Below are positions 50,208-60,354 of a stretch of 64,000 nucleotides of DNA, piece by piece. A program made the position numbers and the translations under genes. The number at the start of each line of letters is the position of its first letter. The stretch's first letter is position 1. Source of the stretch: Nanobdellota archaeon (GTDB taxonomy: Archaea; Nanobdellota; Nanobdellia; CSSed11-243R1); contig JAGGYW010000014.1 in NCBI GenBank assembly GCA_021162365.1, positions 2,518 through 66,517 of the forward strand, given 5' to 3'. The notes under the pieces were generated by a model. The model was not told the DNA's origin, searched no databases, and saw nothing but the letters and a program-made list of their open reading frames with translations.

Positions 50208-50858
50208 ATGGGTTTACTAAAAAGAAGTGCGTTAAAAGTAAGATATGGTGCTGGACACCTTAAAGCAAGAGCTGCAAAAAAAATAGGTGGAAAATTCGCA
50301 AAGGTGGAAAAAACGGTTTTATCAAAATTAGGAAATGAGGTCGCACTGATAAGAAAAAGCGCTGCAGATCTACTTAAAGAATTTAATTTTCAAAAAGAAA
50401 AACAGTTCCTCCTACGCAAGCTTATAGAAGAAGTCAAAAAAGAAAGTAAGCAATTAGAGGAGTTAAGAGTAACTATCCTAAAAGAAGAAAAACTCTTACC
50501 GTACGTACGAGCAGTACAATCCGAAATGATCATGGGGAAAAACGCGGACCCCGCAGTTGTGCTTAAAAAAGAGAGACAGGTAGAATCAACATTACATGCG
50601 CTTATTCAAATGGCACACCGTGAAACGAGTGAAGGTTATATGTACAGAAACACATTAATAAGCCAAAAAAGAGCACTTGAAGCACTACTTAAAATAGTCG
50701 AAGATCAAATAAAGTGGTTGGGTATATCACAGAAACAAATTAGTAGAGCCACAACGCTAGATAAAGAACTTGAAAAAGCGACAAAGAATGCAAAGCGTCT
50801 TGTTGGAAGGGAAGCAAAAGAGCTACTGAAAGCCCAGCATAGTAGGCTTGGAATATAA
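50208..50858 (+). CDS. Hypothetical helical protein
   Basis: Start set at MGLLKRS. K/E/R-rich helical sequence, no family recognised. Confidence 0.35.
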   Translation: MGLLKRSALKVRYGAGHLKARAAKKIGGKFAKVEKTVLSKLGNEVALIRKSAADLLKEFNFQKEKQFLLRKLIEEVKKESKQLEELRVTILKEEKLLPYVRAVQSEMIMGKNADPAVVLKKERQVESTLHALIQMAHRETSEGYMYRNTLISQKRALEALLKIVEDQIKWLGISQKQISRATTLDKELEKATKNAKRLVGREAKELLKAQHSRLGI

Positions 50859-50878
50859 TCTTTCTTTTTTATTCAATT

Positions 50879-51421
50879 ATGATCCTCATCCTTACTGGAA
50901 CACCTGGCGTTGGGAAGTCTACAGTTGCAAAACATTTAGCTAAAAAAATTAATGCTGAAGTTTTGGATTTAGAAAAAATTGCAAAAAAAGAAAAAATTGT
51001 AAAAGGGTACGACAGGAAGGCGCGTTCTTATGTGATTAATGAAACAAAACTAACAAAAGCAATCAAAAAGTATGTTACAAAAGATGAAAACTACATAATT
51101 CCAAATCATATTGCTCAATTTATTTCTCCAAAAATAGTTGACATATGTGTCGTATTGAGGTATGATCCAAAAAAACTTGCTTCTAGATTAAAAAGAAGAG
51201 GATATCATAAAAGCAAAATAAATGAAAATGTTGAAGCAGAAATTCTAGATACATGCCTAATTGAAGCCCTACAAAACAAACAGAAGGTTCATGAGATAGA
51301 CACAACTGGAAAGAAAGTTAAAGAGATCGTGAATGAAATTTTAGACATAATTAACAAAAAAAAGAAACCAAAATATGGAAAAGTTAAATGGCTCCCAAAA
51401 TATGAAAATCTACTAAAATGA
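50879..51421 (+). CDS. Fap7/AK6-like nucleoside monophosphate (adenylate) kinase
   Basis: N-terminal P-loop ILILTGTPGVGKST. At 180 aa the length fits archaeal AK6. Confidence 0.5.
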   Translation: MILILTGTPGVGKSTVAKHLAKKINAEVLDLEKIAKKEKIVKGYDRKARSYVINETKLTKAIKKYVTKDENYIIPNHIAQFISPKIVDICVVLRYDPKKLASRLKRRGYHKSKINENVEAEILDTCLIEALQNKQKVHEIDTTGKKVKEIVNEILDIINKKKKPKYGKVKWLPKYENLLK

Positions 51422-52566
51422 ATTTTGTAATTTCAATTTTAATTGGAATTGCACTTGGATTCATTTCCGGAGTTGTGCCGGGACTGCACCCAAACTTCAT
51501 TGGTGCTTTACTAATTTCTCAGTTTAGCGACTGGTGGATTCTCCCAATGTTTGTTTCAATGCTTGTTTCCTCCCAATTCTTTGAGGTAATCCGTTCAACC
51601 TTTCTTTTTGTACCAGAAGAGAGCAATATTCTTGCCATGCATCCAATATTCAAGTTTGTAAATGAAGGAAAATCTCTCGTAGCAATCAAACTCATAACTC
51701 TTGGAACTCTTGCTTCACTCCTCGTTGGGGTTATACTTTCCCCTATTCTAATCAAAGCCGTGCCTTTTGTTTATCAATACCTAAAGATATATGTGCCCTA
51801 CCTACTCTTAGCATTAATGGCAATGTTAATTCTGAAGGACAAACATCCAATCCACGCGATAATAATCTTTTCAATCTCTGGAATTATCGGATATTTTGGA
51901 TTAAAGTCGTTGAGTCAGCCATTATTGATTTTACTTACTGGCTTCTTTGGACTCCCAATCTTAATTAACATAAAGCAAAAGATGCCAAAACAGCTTAAGT
52001 CAGACAAAGTTGTAATTAAAAAGAAAAATATCTTAAATGGTTTGACTTCTGCGCTTGCATCCTCTCTCCTACTTACATTCCTTCCTGCAGTTGGTCCAGC
52101 GCAAGCATCTCTATTCTCAAGATGGATATTAAAAAAGAAAGAGGAATTCTTAATCTCAATTGGCGCAATTTCTGGGTTTGACATAATTTTTTCAACAGTT
52201 CTTCTATTCACAATTGGAAAAGCGAGAATCGGGGTTCTTGAAATGCTTGGACAAAAATTCAGCTTTAACTTGGATGTATTCATATTGATTTTGTTACTTT
52301 CTATTGCTGTTGGGACAATAGCATATATACTAACTGCAAGAATTGGAAAATTGCTCGCCAAAGCAGAAGATAAAATCAACTATGATATTGTAAAAGTGGC
52401 AGTTGTTATCCTAATAATCTCTGTTACAATTTACTTTGATGGTGCGCCCGGATTGCTCTTCCTGGCAGCTGCAACGCTAACTGGCATTCTAACAAGTAAA
52501 TTGAAAACAAATATGTCAAATTGCATGGGTTCCCTCGTAATTCCGACACTGATTTATTACCTATAG
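51418..52566 (+). CDS. TctA/DUF112-family integral membrane protein
   Basis: N-terminal G-x3-G-x3-PGLHP motif and about 10 TM helices, the second half repeating the first. Confidence 0.45.
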   Translation: MNFVISILIGIALGFISGVVPGLHPNFIGALLISQFSDWWILPMFVSMLVSSQFFEVIRSTFLFVPEESNILAMHPIFKFVNEGKSLVAIKLITLGTLASLLVGVILSPILIKAVPFVYQYLKIYVPYLLLALMAMLILKDKHPIHAIIIFSISGIIGYFGLKSLSQPLLILLTGFFGLPILINIKQKMPKQLKSDKVVIKKKNILNGLTSALASSLLLTFLPAVGPAQASLFSRWILKKKEEFLISIGAISGFDIIFSTVLLFTIGKARIGVLEMLGQKFSFNLDVFILILLLSIAVGTIAYILTARIGKLLAKAEDKINYDIVKVAVVILIISVTIYFDGAPGLLFLAAATLTGILTSKLKTNMSNCMGSLVIPTLIYYL

Positions 52567-53322
52567 CCACTTACGAAGCCAGTTTCTTGTCGCAAGAATT
52601 ACTTTCTTTGCCTTTTCCTTATCAAGATAATCGTGGTCTACGCCTTCAACAATTACAAGTTTGTTTTTTGGATTCGGAAAGAACTTAAACATTTTCAGAT
52701 TTTCCTCACGATTGCAGACCTCCTTGTCTTCGCTCGCAATAAACGAGAGAACAGGACAATCGACAGTTTCAATAAAAGGAATCATGTTAAGGCTTCCCCA
52801 TTCTTTAAACAAGTTGTACCCGACCCTTACTTTTTTCTTATCAATTTTTCTTTCTCTTACAATAAATTTACTTATTTTTAGCTCCTCTTCAAACTTTTTG
52901 TATCTCTCATATTGAATTTTTGGATTTAAAAGCGGGCTCCACAAAACAAGTGTCTTTATTTTTGAATCATAAGCAATTATCGAGACTGTGGCACCCATAG
53001 AAAACCCAATTAATCCTATTTTCTTGTAGCCAAGTTTCTCAACAAACTCAATTGCAGCTTTTAAATCTTCAACTTCGCTTGAAATTGTTGCATCCTTATA
53101 ATCTCCTTCGCTTTCTCCGCATCCAGCAAAGTCGAATCGTAGGACCGCAATTTTGTTCATAGAAAGAAATTCGGCTGCCGCCTCAATTATTGGTTGGTAA
53201 TCTTTATCGCCTTTGAATGTGTGTGCTATAATCATTACTTTGTCAGTTTTTTCTTTTGGCTCATGTAAAATCCCAACAATCTTCTCTCCTTTTTTATTTT
53301 GAAATTCTACCTTTCTTTGCAT
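52561..53322 (-). CDS. Alpha/beta hydrolase (dienelactone hydrolase / S9-like)
   Basis: Nucleophile elbow GFSMGA and a C-terminal His in a GVDHDY context. Confidence 0.6.
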   Translation of the reverse strand: MQRKVEFQNKKGEKIVGILHEPKEKTDKVMIIAHTFKGDKDYQPIIEAAAEFLSMNKIAVLRFDFAGCGESEGDYKDATISSEVEDLKAAIEFVEKLGYKKIGLIGFSMGATVSIIAYDSKIKTLVLWSPLLNPKIQYERYKKFEEELKISKFIVRERKIDKKKVRVGYNLFKEWGSLNMIPFIETVDCPVLSFIASEDKEVCNREENLKMFKFFPNPKNKLVIVEGVDHDYLDKEKAKKVILATRNWLRKWL

Positions 53323-53385
53323 TTTAATTATAAAAACTTGAAATTTTAATAATGTTTTTATAGAAACAATATCTTATCAAACTAC

Positions 53386-53736
53386 ATGGACGACAAACTA
53401 AAAAAGATGTTAGAAACAAAAGGAATAGCTTTAGTAAGCATAAATAAAGACGGTTCTCCTCACCTAATCGCTGTTGCATATGCAAAAGTAGTTGATGATA
53501 AAATTATAATCACCGACAATTTCATGAAAACGACAAATGAAAACATAAAGAGACACCCAATGATATTGCTTGCTGTTTGGAATGATGAATTTGAAGGGTA
53601 TCGCATAGAAGGAACTGCTGAATATTACAACGATGGAAAATGGTTAGAGTTTGTAAAAAGTTTAAAAGAAAACGATGGTTTGCCTGCAAAAGGTGCTATT
53701 GTGGTTACACCTAAGAAGATTGTAAGGCTTTCCTAA
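53386..53736 (+). CDS. Pyridoxamine 5'-phosphate oxidase-like FMN-binding split-barrel protein
   Basis: IALVSINKDGSPHLIAVAY...IIITDNFMKTTNENIK is typical of the PNPOx-like fold. Confidence 0.5.
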   Translation: MDDKLKKMLETKGIALVSINKDGSPHLIAVAYAKVVDDKIIITDNFMKTTNENIKRHPMILLAVWNDEFEGYRIEGTAEYYNDGKWLEFVKSLKENDGLPAKGAIVVTPKKIVRLS

Positions 53737-54505
53737 TTTCTTTCATTATTTTATTATGTATCTTTCCATTACTGGCAATTATGTTCTTGTGTTTGAAAAG
53801 TTTGAACTCTTCACCCTTGAAGTTTGTTACTTTCCCTCCAGCTTCTCTTACGATTAAACTTCCTGCCGCAACATCCCATGGCGAATTAAAGTCAACCATA
53901 AAATAAACAGGTGTTCTTCCTGCCGCCACAAAACATAGCTCAAGCTCAGCTGCGCCTTGCTGTCTCAACGCCAGAACTTTGGGGCGAAGATGAGTAAATA
54001 TCCTTGAAATCTTTTTTATCGCTTTATCTGACAAGCCATTGCAAAACTGAACAAATGACTTTCTTAAATCAGAAACACTTGAAACATGAATCTTTTTGCC
54101 ATTTAATTTAGCACCTTTCCCTTTTTCTGCATAATAAAATTCATCATGAAATGGTGCATAAACTCCGGCATGAGTAACTTCTCCCCCTTCAACTAATGCA
54201 ATTGCAACATTAAAGAAAGGGTTTCTTATTGCATAATTTTTTGTTCCATCAAGTGGGTCTACAACCCAAATTCTATCTGCCTTTCCATGCATACCTGTTT
54301 CTTCGCCAAGAATTGCGTCATTCGGAAAATGTTTTTTAATTTTGGAGACGATAAACTTCTCAGATAGCTTGTCTGCTTCTGTAACTATGTCTCCCCTACC
54401 CTTTGGATCGATGTGTTTTAGCTTTCCAAAGTGCTTCATTAGAATCTTACCTGCTCCTTTTGAAGTTTGTTCTATAAACTTTTCAATGCTCTTCATAAAC
54501 CCCAC
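53711..54505 (-). CDS. suhB: Inositol monophosphatase / FBPase class IV family (SuhB-like)
   Basis: WVVDPLDGTKNY (the DPxDGT motif), GEETG and WD..AG motifs. Confidence 0.8.
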   Translation of the reverse strand: MGFMKSIEKFIEQTSKGAGKILMKHFGKLKHIDPKGRGDIVTEADKLSEKFIVSKIKKHFPNDAILGEETGMHGKADRIWVVDPLDGTKNYAIRNPFFNVAIALVEGGEVTHAGVYAPFHDEFYYAEKGKGAKLNGKKIHVSSVSDLRKSFVQFCNGLSDKAIKKISRIFTHLRPKVLALRQQGAAELELCFVAAGRTPVYFMVDFNSPWDVAAGSLIVREAGGKVTNFKGEEFKLFKHKNIIASNGKIHNKIMKEIRKALQSS

Positions 54506-54932
54506 CTTTTAGGTAGTTTTCAATTATCTTCCTTGACGCGAAGAATAAGTTTTCAGGTAAGTTATTGATATCAAACCACCTCCACTCAGTTATTTCATCT
54601 GGTTCCATAACTTTTGGCTCCCCAACAAAATCTTTACAAAGAAAACCAATTGTTACAAAATGAGCGTGCTCATTAATATCATCCGCAACACTAATTAGCT
54701 TTAAAGAATTCACTTTGATACTTGTCTCTTCCTCTACCTCCCTCTTTGCACATTCCAAAAGCTTTTCCCTAAGTTCAACCTTTCCACCTGGTAATGTCCA
54801 AGTTCCTTCTCCATGAAGTTCTGAATCTGCTTTCTCAGGGTCTGTGTTCCTCAACCCAAGAAGAATCTTATTATCATTATTTATCATCAAAACTCCTACA
54901 CCAATTCCTACAAAATCCACGCCGGGTTTCAT
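54483..54932 (-). CDS. Nudix hydrolase
   Basis: Nudix box GGKVELREKLLECAKREVEEETSI. Confidence 0.7.
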   Translation of the reverse strand: MKPGVDFVGIGVGVLMINNDNKILLGLRNTDPEKADSELHGEGTWTLPGGKVELREKLLECAKREVEEETSIKVNSLKLISVADDINEHAHFVTIGFLCKDFVGEPKVMEPDEITEWRWFDINNLPENLFFASRKIIENYLKGGVYEEH

Positions 54933-55456
54933 TCGAACACCTCCCTACTGATAAAAGGACATAGCGCCATATAAATCCCGTGCTTATACAACTCTTTTCG
55001 AGTTACTCTACCTTTTGTGAAGACTCCTATTGCCCCTTGCTTCTTCTTAACATCCTTTTCACCAATCATTTCATCCATCACGGTACCTAATTCCTTTCCC
55101 TTTCTTATCTCAGCTAGAACTTTTTCAGGACATTCAAACCACCCAGAAGTGCCAGTACCAATTTTTCCACTCTTATCCATAATAACAACAAAGCCAAGAT
55201 TGTAGTACTTCCCACCAAGTTTGATTATGCCTCCTTCAATTCCAACAGAAAAATCAACGCCTGCTGCCATAGCATTTCTTGCTCTATTTAGTGCTCCAAG
55301 GATAACTTCCTCATTAAATGGCTGCGGAGGAACATTACTTTCTATCGGCTTCCCTGTTATATGTACATCTCCAAAAACCTCACTAAAAACTTCTTTCACT
55401 GCATCAACCTTCACGGGGTTTGTAGATGCAACCACAACTCTCATTTCAACCACCAA
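54929..55456 (-). CDS. Non-canonical purine NTP phosphatase (YjjX/DUF84 inosine/xanthosine triphosphatase family)
   Basis: The N-terminus VVVASTNPVKVDAVKEVF matches the family signature (ASxNPxK). Confidence 0.55.
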   Translation of the reverse strand: MVVEMRVVVASTNPVKVDAVKEVFSEVFGDVHITGKPIESNVPPQPFNEEVILGALNRARNAMAAGVDFSVGIEGGIIKLGGKYYNLGFVVIMDKSGKIGTGTSGWFECPEKVLAEIRKGKELGTVMDEMIGEKDVKKKQGAIGVFTKGRVTRKELYKHGIYMALCPFISREVFE

Positions 55457-58400
55457 AAAATTCAGTTAATCCTTTTTGTTTTGTTGGCTCTTTTCCAAAG
55501 ACAGATTCAACTCTCCTCTTTAGGATCTCAAGAGATTGTTTCAAATACTCGGGCAAGGAGTACTTTTCAGCTAAATTCAAAGAAGGTTCTAAATATTTTG
55601 AAACTGTTCCTTCGGAAACTGTCAACACAAGTTTACCACCACATTTAGTGCATTTCCCACTCAAAGGAATCCTTCTATACTTTTCATTGCACTTTATACA
55701 TCTAACTTCCTGACGCGTAAACTTTCTTAAATTTCCTTTAATATCTTTTAAGAAATGTTTCTCAATAACAATCCTTGCAACATCAGCCTTATCAACCGCT
55801 TTTATCTTATCTGCAAGTTCCATCTGGCGCTTAACTTTATCTGCAATGGTAGTAAGTGTCTTATACGCTGACACCCTATTTCCAACATTCATGTCAGAAA
55901 CATCATGGGTGAATTTGAATCCGTGATATTCCTCTGGCGTTCCAAGGGTATGTTCGACCTGTTTGATTTTAACATCGTATGGAGACATCCATTTCTGGGT
56001 TGCCTCATAAAACTCAATTGGGTATTCATCCACAATGTCCATATTGTAAACTTCGTCATCTACTTCTTCCGGTATCAATCTTGTTGTTAGAACTAATGGT
56101 GCGTCCATATGCCTACTTCCACGAGCATCTGGTAGATACTGGCGAGAGAAGTTAAGGAGTGCGTCCATTAACAACATAAATCCTAATTCATCCCCATCAC
56201 AATTCCTTCTGACAGCAGAATGAAAGTATGGATGAGCGAAAAAACATTGTGTTTTAGAGAAGCCAATTATTCTTCCAACCATACCTGCTGATGTGTGCGG
56301 TGCAAGTGCAATAATTAATTTGCCGACCATATCTTTTGGTGAAGATATATTGTAATACCTGTCAAGCTTGTAATGTTTTTCTAACAAATCATCAACAAAT
56401 GCGGCAGTATTATAAACCATTTGCAAAGCAGTGGTGTCCTGCCAGTCCTCACAATCGGGAAGTATAACATCTTGTGGGAAAAGTTCTAAAATTTGATTTG
56501 GATTTTCAAGAGGCTTCCCGTAAATGTCGTGAGTGTATCCCAATTCCTTTAGCTTCTCTACGCTTGTTCCAATCTCTTTTGGCCTAAAATGTGTAATTGG
56601 TGTCTCAATTGCATCATACCTAATAGTTCCGTCTTTGTTAACATAAACATTGTGTAATGCTCGCAAGATTCCTTTCTCAATTGGCTCAGGTATTCTTAAT
56701 TTATTAGAAGTGCCCCTGACACCTTTAACAAGCGGAGGTAATGAAACCCCTAAGTTAGTTAATGCATTATCTACATATGCCTTTACATCTATCTTCTGCT
56801 TTGTAAAGAAAACTGTTCTGATTCCACAATGCATTTCCTTATCTGTTTCCTTCCCACACCGCACACAAAAACGAAGTGGCTCCAGCCTTGCACCACACTT
56901 GGGACACTTAGGGTATATATTTGTGACTCCACACTTTTCGCATCTAAATTGTGGGAATTGGGACTCAACATACCCAACTTCTAATGCAGCATTTAAACTC
57001 CTCATCCTACCCCCTTGGGAGGATACCGGAAATAACACATGTGGGCTCCCCTTCATCTTTCTTAGCTTTGCTTTCTCGGGCCGGCCAAGGCGAGCACCCA
57101 CATATATTCCAACTCTATCCCTTACTTTCACTTTGGATAGAGAATTCACAACATCAAGAGGCGTTTCAAAAGTTTTATTATCTAATTCTGGCCAAACTCC
57201 ATCAGGGAGATATCCAAATGAATAAAGTAACCCTATTGCATCGCTTCCCTCTATTAAAATTCCTTCATCCGTAAGTTTATGTGGCAAATAAATTTCTTCC
57301 AACGTTTTTTTAATAGACTTATTATGTGAAAGGACAATCTTATCTCCATCTATCTTCGACTGCTTTAGCGAATTAAATAAATCAATTATTTCTTCTGGCG
57401 TTGAATTATTAAAGAAGAAAGTCAAACTTGAATGAAGAGGAATGTTGTATTTAATTGAAATCTCTGCAAGAGCTTTTGGATCTAATTCCGAGATATCTTC
57501 CTTTCCACCAGCATTCCTGAATTCTTGAATCCACCACTCTTCAACATACGGACTTGGAACAAGTATATGATTGTTCCTCGTAAATTCACCATACGCAACA
57601 AGAATGTCCCCCAAGAACAAAATCTCTTTAATCCTATTTTTGTATTTGTAAAAATCCTCAAGAGTATTTATTTTAACAACACTCTCATCATTTAACTTTA
57701 CAACAGGTCCATCTATTGTATCGCAAGGAGTAGCAGCACATGCTTTTCCGGGTCTCTCCAACCTTAACTGACTACCTGTTGCAATAAAATCCCCAAGAAC
57801 ATGCATAGTTGCTGGATTAAAACTTGCTGCAGCAAGGCCGCTTAAACGAGAACGCCCGTATCTTAATCTAAACCCTCCCTTTCTCATTGGATAAGAAAAA
57901 ACAGGTCTACCTGCAACAGTCTCCTGAATGTAAATATCGTTTGGTTGGATTGTTTTTGACTCAACCTTTGATCCTGCATGTATCTTTGTCTTTAGCTCAA
58001 CATATTCTTTTAGGAAAGTCCAATCAGACAAATCAAAATCTTTACCCCATTTCTCAACTCTCTTCAAAAGTTTTGGTGCCTTCTGGGCAAGGCCCTCACA
58101 AAGAACTAAACACATCCCTCCACGAATTTTTGGAGTGCCTACTCTTGGCAAATCTTTGTAGATTAAAACTTCTCTATCAGATGTGGGGTCTCCATTAATT
58201 TCAATCGGTAAGTGTTTCAAAAGAAAGTCAAGCTCTTCAGGTGTTGGGAAATATTGAAGACGGGCAACCGAATGATGATATGCTTCCACTTCAACCTTTG
58301 TTCTTTCTATTTCCTCTTTTGTTATATCAAACGGTTCAAGCCCAAACTTGCGACGTAGATAGTCAGCAATCAATAGAGTAACTGCTGCAGCAGTACCTCC

Positions 58401-58862
58401 AGCAGCTCTTATTGGTCCAGCAAAATAGCAGGAAGCATACTTCTTACCATCCATCCTTTCTTTTATTTTAAATTCTATGAATCCTTCAAGAGGTGCAGAA
58501 ACAACACCCATAGTGATGTAAGCAAGTCCGACCCTAATCCCAACTTCCATCGCTTCCCTTTGATCTTTGAATTTGCAGAACTTCTCCCTTGCAACTTCTT
58601 CCGCAATTGTGAGAGCAACTCTCCAGTCCCCACTACCAAACTTTTTATCTAACTCCTCCAATCTCTTAGCAATCCCAGACCCAACTATTTGAGGGGCCAA
58701 AGCACCTACAAGCCCTTCAACTCTTTCAAAAAGATTTTTTGCAAGAGGGATATCTACATAATCCTCGGGGTCGCTACCTATCTTGCGTGCTTCGCTAGCA
58801 ATTTCGTATGCTCTTTTTACTTCTTTTTCAATTGACTCAAAATAATGTTGTATGTTCATCAC
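55446..58862 (-). CDS. polC: DNA polymerase II (PolD) large subunit DP2
   Basis: 1138 aa. Cys-rich Zn-binding motifs (CxxC...CxxC near the C-terminus and a central CEKCG...CPKCG). Immediately downstream of DP1. The length gives no indication of an intein. Confidence 0.9.
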   Translation of the reverse strand: MMNIQHYFESIEKEVKRAYEIASEARKIGSDPEDYVDIPLAKNLFERVEGLVGALAPQIVGSGIAKRLEELDKKFGSGDWRVALTIAEEVAREKFCKFKDQREAMEVGIRVGLAYITMGVVSAPLEGFIEFKIKERMDGKKYASCYFAGPIRAAGGTAAAVTLLIADYLRRKFGLEPFDITKEEIERTKVEVEAYHHSVARLQYFPTPEELDFLLKHLPIEINGDPTSDREVLIYKDLPRVGTPKIRGGMCLVLCEGLAQKAPKLLKRVEKWGKDFDLSDWTFLKEYVELKTKIHAGSKVESKTIQPNDIYIQETVAGRPVFSYPMRKGGFRLRYGRSRLSGLAAASFNPATMHVLGDFIATGSQLRLERPGKACAATPCDTIDGPVVKLNDESVVKINTLEDFYKYKNRIKEILFLGDILVAYGEFTRNNHILVPSPYVEEWWIQEFRNAGGKEDISELDPKALAEISIKYNIPLHSSLTFFFNNSTPEEIIDLFNSLKQSKIDGDKIVLSHNKSIKKTLEEIYLPHKLTDEGILIEGSDAIGLLYSFGYLPDGVWPELDNKTFETPLDVVNSLSKVKVRDRVGIYVGARLGRPEKAKLRKMKGSPHVLFPVSSQGGRMRSLNAALEVGYVESQFPQFRCEKCGVTNIYPKCPKCGARLEPLRFCVRCGKETDKEMHCGIRTVFFTKQKIDVKAYVDNALTNLGVSLPPLVKGVRGTSNKLRIPEPIEKGILRALHNVYVNKDGTIRYDAIETPITHFRPKEIGTSVEKLKELGYTHDIYGKPLENPNQILELFPQDVILPDCEDWQDTTALQMVYNTAAFVDDLLEKHYKLDRYYNISSPKDMVGKLIIALAPHTSAGMVGRIIGFSKTQCFFAHPYFHSAVRRNCDGDELGFMLLMDALLNFSRQYLPDARGSRHMDAPLVLTTRLIPEEVDDEVYNMDIVDEYPIEFYEATQKWMSPYDVKIKQVEHTLGTPEEYHGFKFTHDVSDMNVGNRVSAYKTLTTIADKVKRQMELADKIKAVDKADVARIVIEKHFLKDIKGNLRKFTRQEVRCIKCNEKYRRIPLSGKCTKCGGKLVLTVSEGTVSKYLEPSLNLAEKYSLPEYLKQSLEILKRRVESVFGKEPTKQKGLTEFFGG

Positions 58863-60343
58863 AAAAACCTCATTACTTTAGTTTGATTTTCTTTTAAACT
58901 AAATATAGGAACTCTGCCCGGCGTTGGGTTATGACCAAGTTTTTCCTGGAAAGGGGTTTTCTTTTGGAAGCACCCAGTACCAATTGTTGTAATATTTTTA
59001 TACCTCCCAATTTTGGTATAGTGAATATGCCCGCTTGCAAAAACATCTACCGGGCTATCTATTACTAAAAAGTCGCGGGCCATTGGATTAATTAAGGTAG
59101 AACCATGTGATGGAGCAAGATGTCTCTTCCTCAAAAGGAACTCCATAATCTTATCCGCTCTTTCATATCCAAACTTCCTTAGGAAAGGAACATCGGAAAC
59201 TAATCTGTCAAACGACATTCCATGATATAATAAAATATCAAATCCAGGGAATCCATCAATTCCATGAATATTGACAACTGCAGGATTTGATGCCATAGTT
59301 ATGTTATTAATTTGATAAACTGGCCTTGCAATATCCTCAAACAAAACATGTTGCGGCTCTGCAAGCCGTAAGGCATCGTGGTTCCCAGGTATAACAATAA
59401 TTTGAATATCTTCCGGAATGTCTGCAAAGTATTTTGCGAACTCTTCATATTGGGAATAGATATCTTTTATCACCAACTCCTTCTCCTGCCCAGGGTAAAT
59501 ACCAACACCATCAACTAAATCTCCTATTACAAAAAGGTACTTCACTTTTTTCGCAACTTCTCTTTGTGCCTCAGAACCAACCTTTCCATTAAGCCACTTT
59601 ACAAACATGGAAAATTCCTTTGGCAGAAACATGTTGCTCCCTACATGAGTATCTGAAACAAATGCAGCATATACATCATCTTTTGACTTCTTGATAGGTC
59701 TATCTGGGACATCTGGGAAGAGTATTTTTGTAGGATAAATTACATTCTTTGATTTTGTGCCGATTACACCTATCACTTCATCCAAAACAATTTCGTCTGC
59801 TACCTTTACAACATCTTCGCTCTTTAATATGAGATTTATTTGCCCTGTGGGGTCTTCTATCTCTACTATGTGTGTACCTGTAAATGTCTTTCGTATATCC
59901 TTTACCATCCCTATTGTTGCTACCTCTTGCCTCCCAGTCATTTTTAAGATTCTGGAAATAGAAACAACATTTCTCAATTCAATTCTATTCCTAAGGAGAT
60001 TGCTTAATCTCTCAAACCTATCTAAATAGTATGTAAGCCAGTCGTTAATGTCTATTTTCTTGTTCGTCTGCCTATACATTTTTTTAAGTTTAACACTTGT
60101 ATCAACTTCACTTCTTCTGTCAACAGGCCGCTTTACAATATATTTTATTTCCAATTCTTTCTTCTGGGAACCTAAAAATTCAGAATACAATTCATTTGTT
60201 ACAAAAATAGGTTTTGGGTCCTTTGTCTTAAGAAATTTAAGGAAATCTTCTATGTGCTCTTCCTTTATTTCTAAGTCAGGGGACACCAGAAATCCTGCAT
60301 TGATTATTTTGGTTAGTTTACTTTCCATAACATTTACCCCCAA
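58859..60343 (-). CDS. polB: DNA polymerase II (PolD) small subunit DP1 (calcineurin-like phosphoesterase exonuclease)
   Basis: Phosphoesterase motifs (GDLVD, GNHD). N-terminal OB region. Translationally coupled to DP2. Confidence 0.85.
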   Translation of the reverse strand: MGVNVMESKLTKIINAGFLVSPDLEIKEEHIEDFLKFLKTKDPKPIFVTNELYSEFLGSQKKELEIKYIVKRPVDRRSEVDTSVKLKKMYRQTNKKIDINDWLTYYLDRFERLSNLLRNRIELRNVVSISRILKMTGRQEVATIGMVKDIRKTFTGTHIVEIEDPTGQINLILKSEDVVKVADEIVLDEVIGVIGTKSKNVIYPTKILFPDVPDRPIKKSKDDVYAAFVSDTHVGSNMFLPKEFSMFVKWLNGKVGSEAQREVAKKVKYLFVIGDLVDGVGIYPGQEKELVIKDIYSQYEEFAKYFADIPEDIQIIVIPGNHDALRLAEPQHVLFEDIARPVYQINNITMASNPAVVNIHGIDGFPGFDILLYHGMSFDRLVSDVPFLRKFGYERADKIMEFLLRKRHLAPSHGSTLINPMARDFLVIDSPVDVFASGHIHYTKIGRYKNITTIGTGCFQKKTPFQEKLGHNPTPGRVPIFSLKENQTKVMRFL

Positions 60344-60354
60344 GGGGATTTTAA

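Noticed and set aside
55446-58862. Possible intein in the PolD large subunit
   Set aside because: At 1138 aa it is at the short end of the DP2 size range. No Hint/LAGLIDADG block is visible, so no intein is called.
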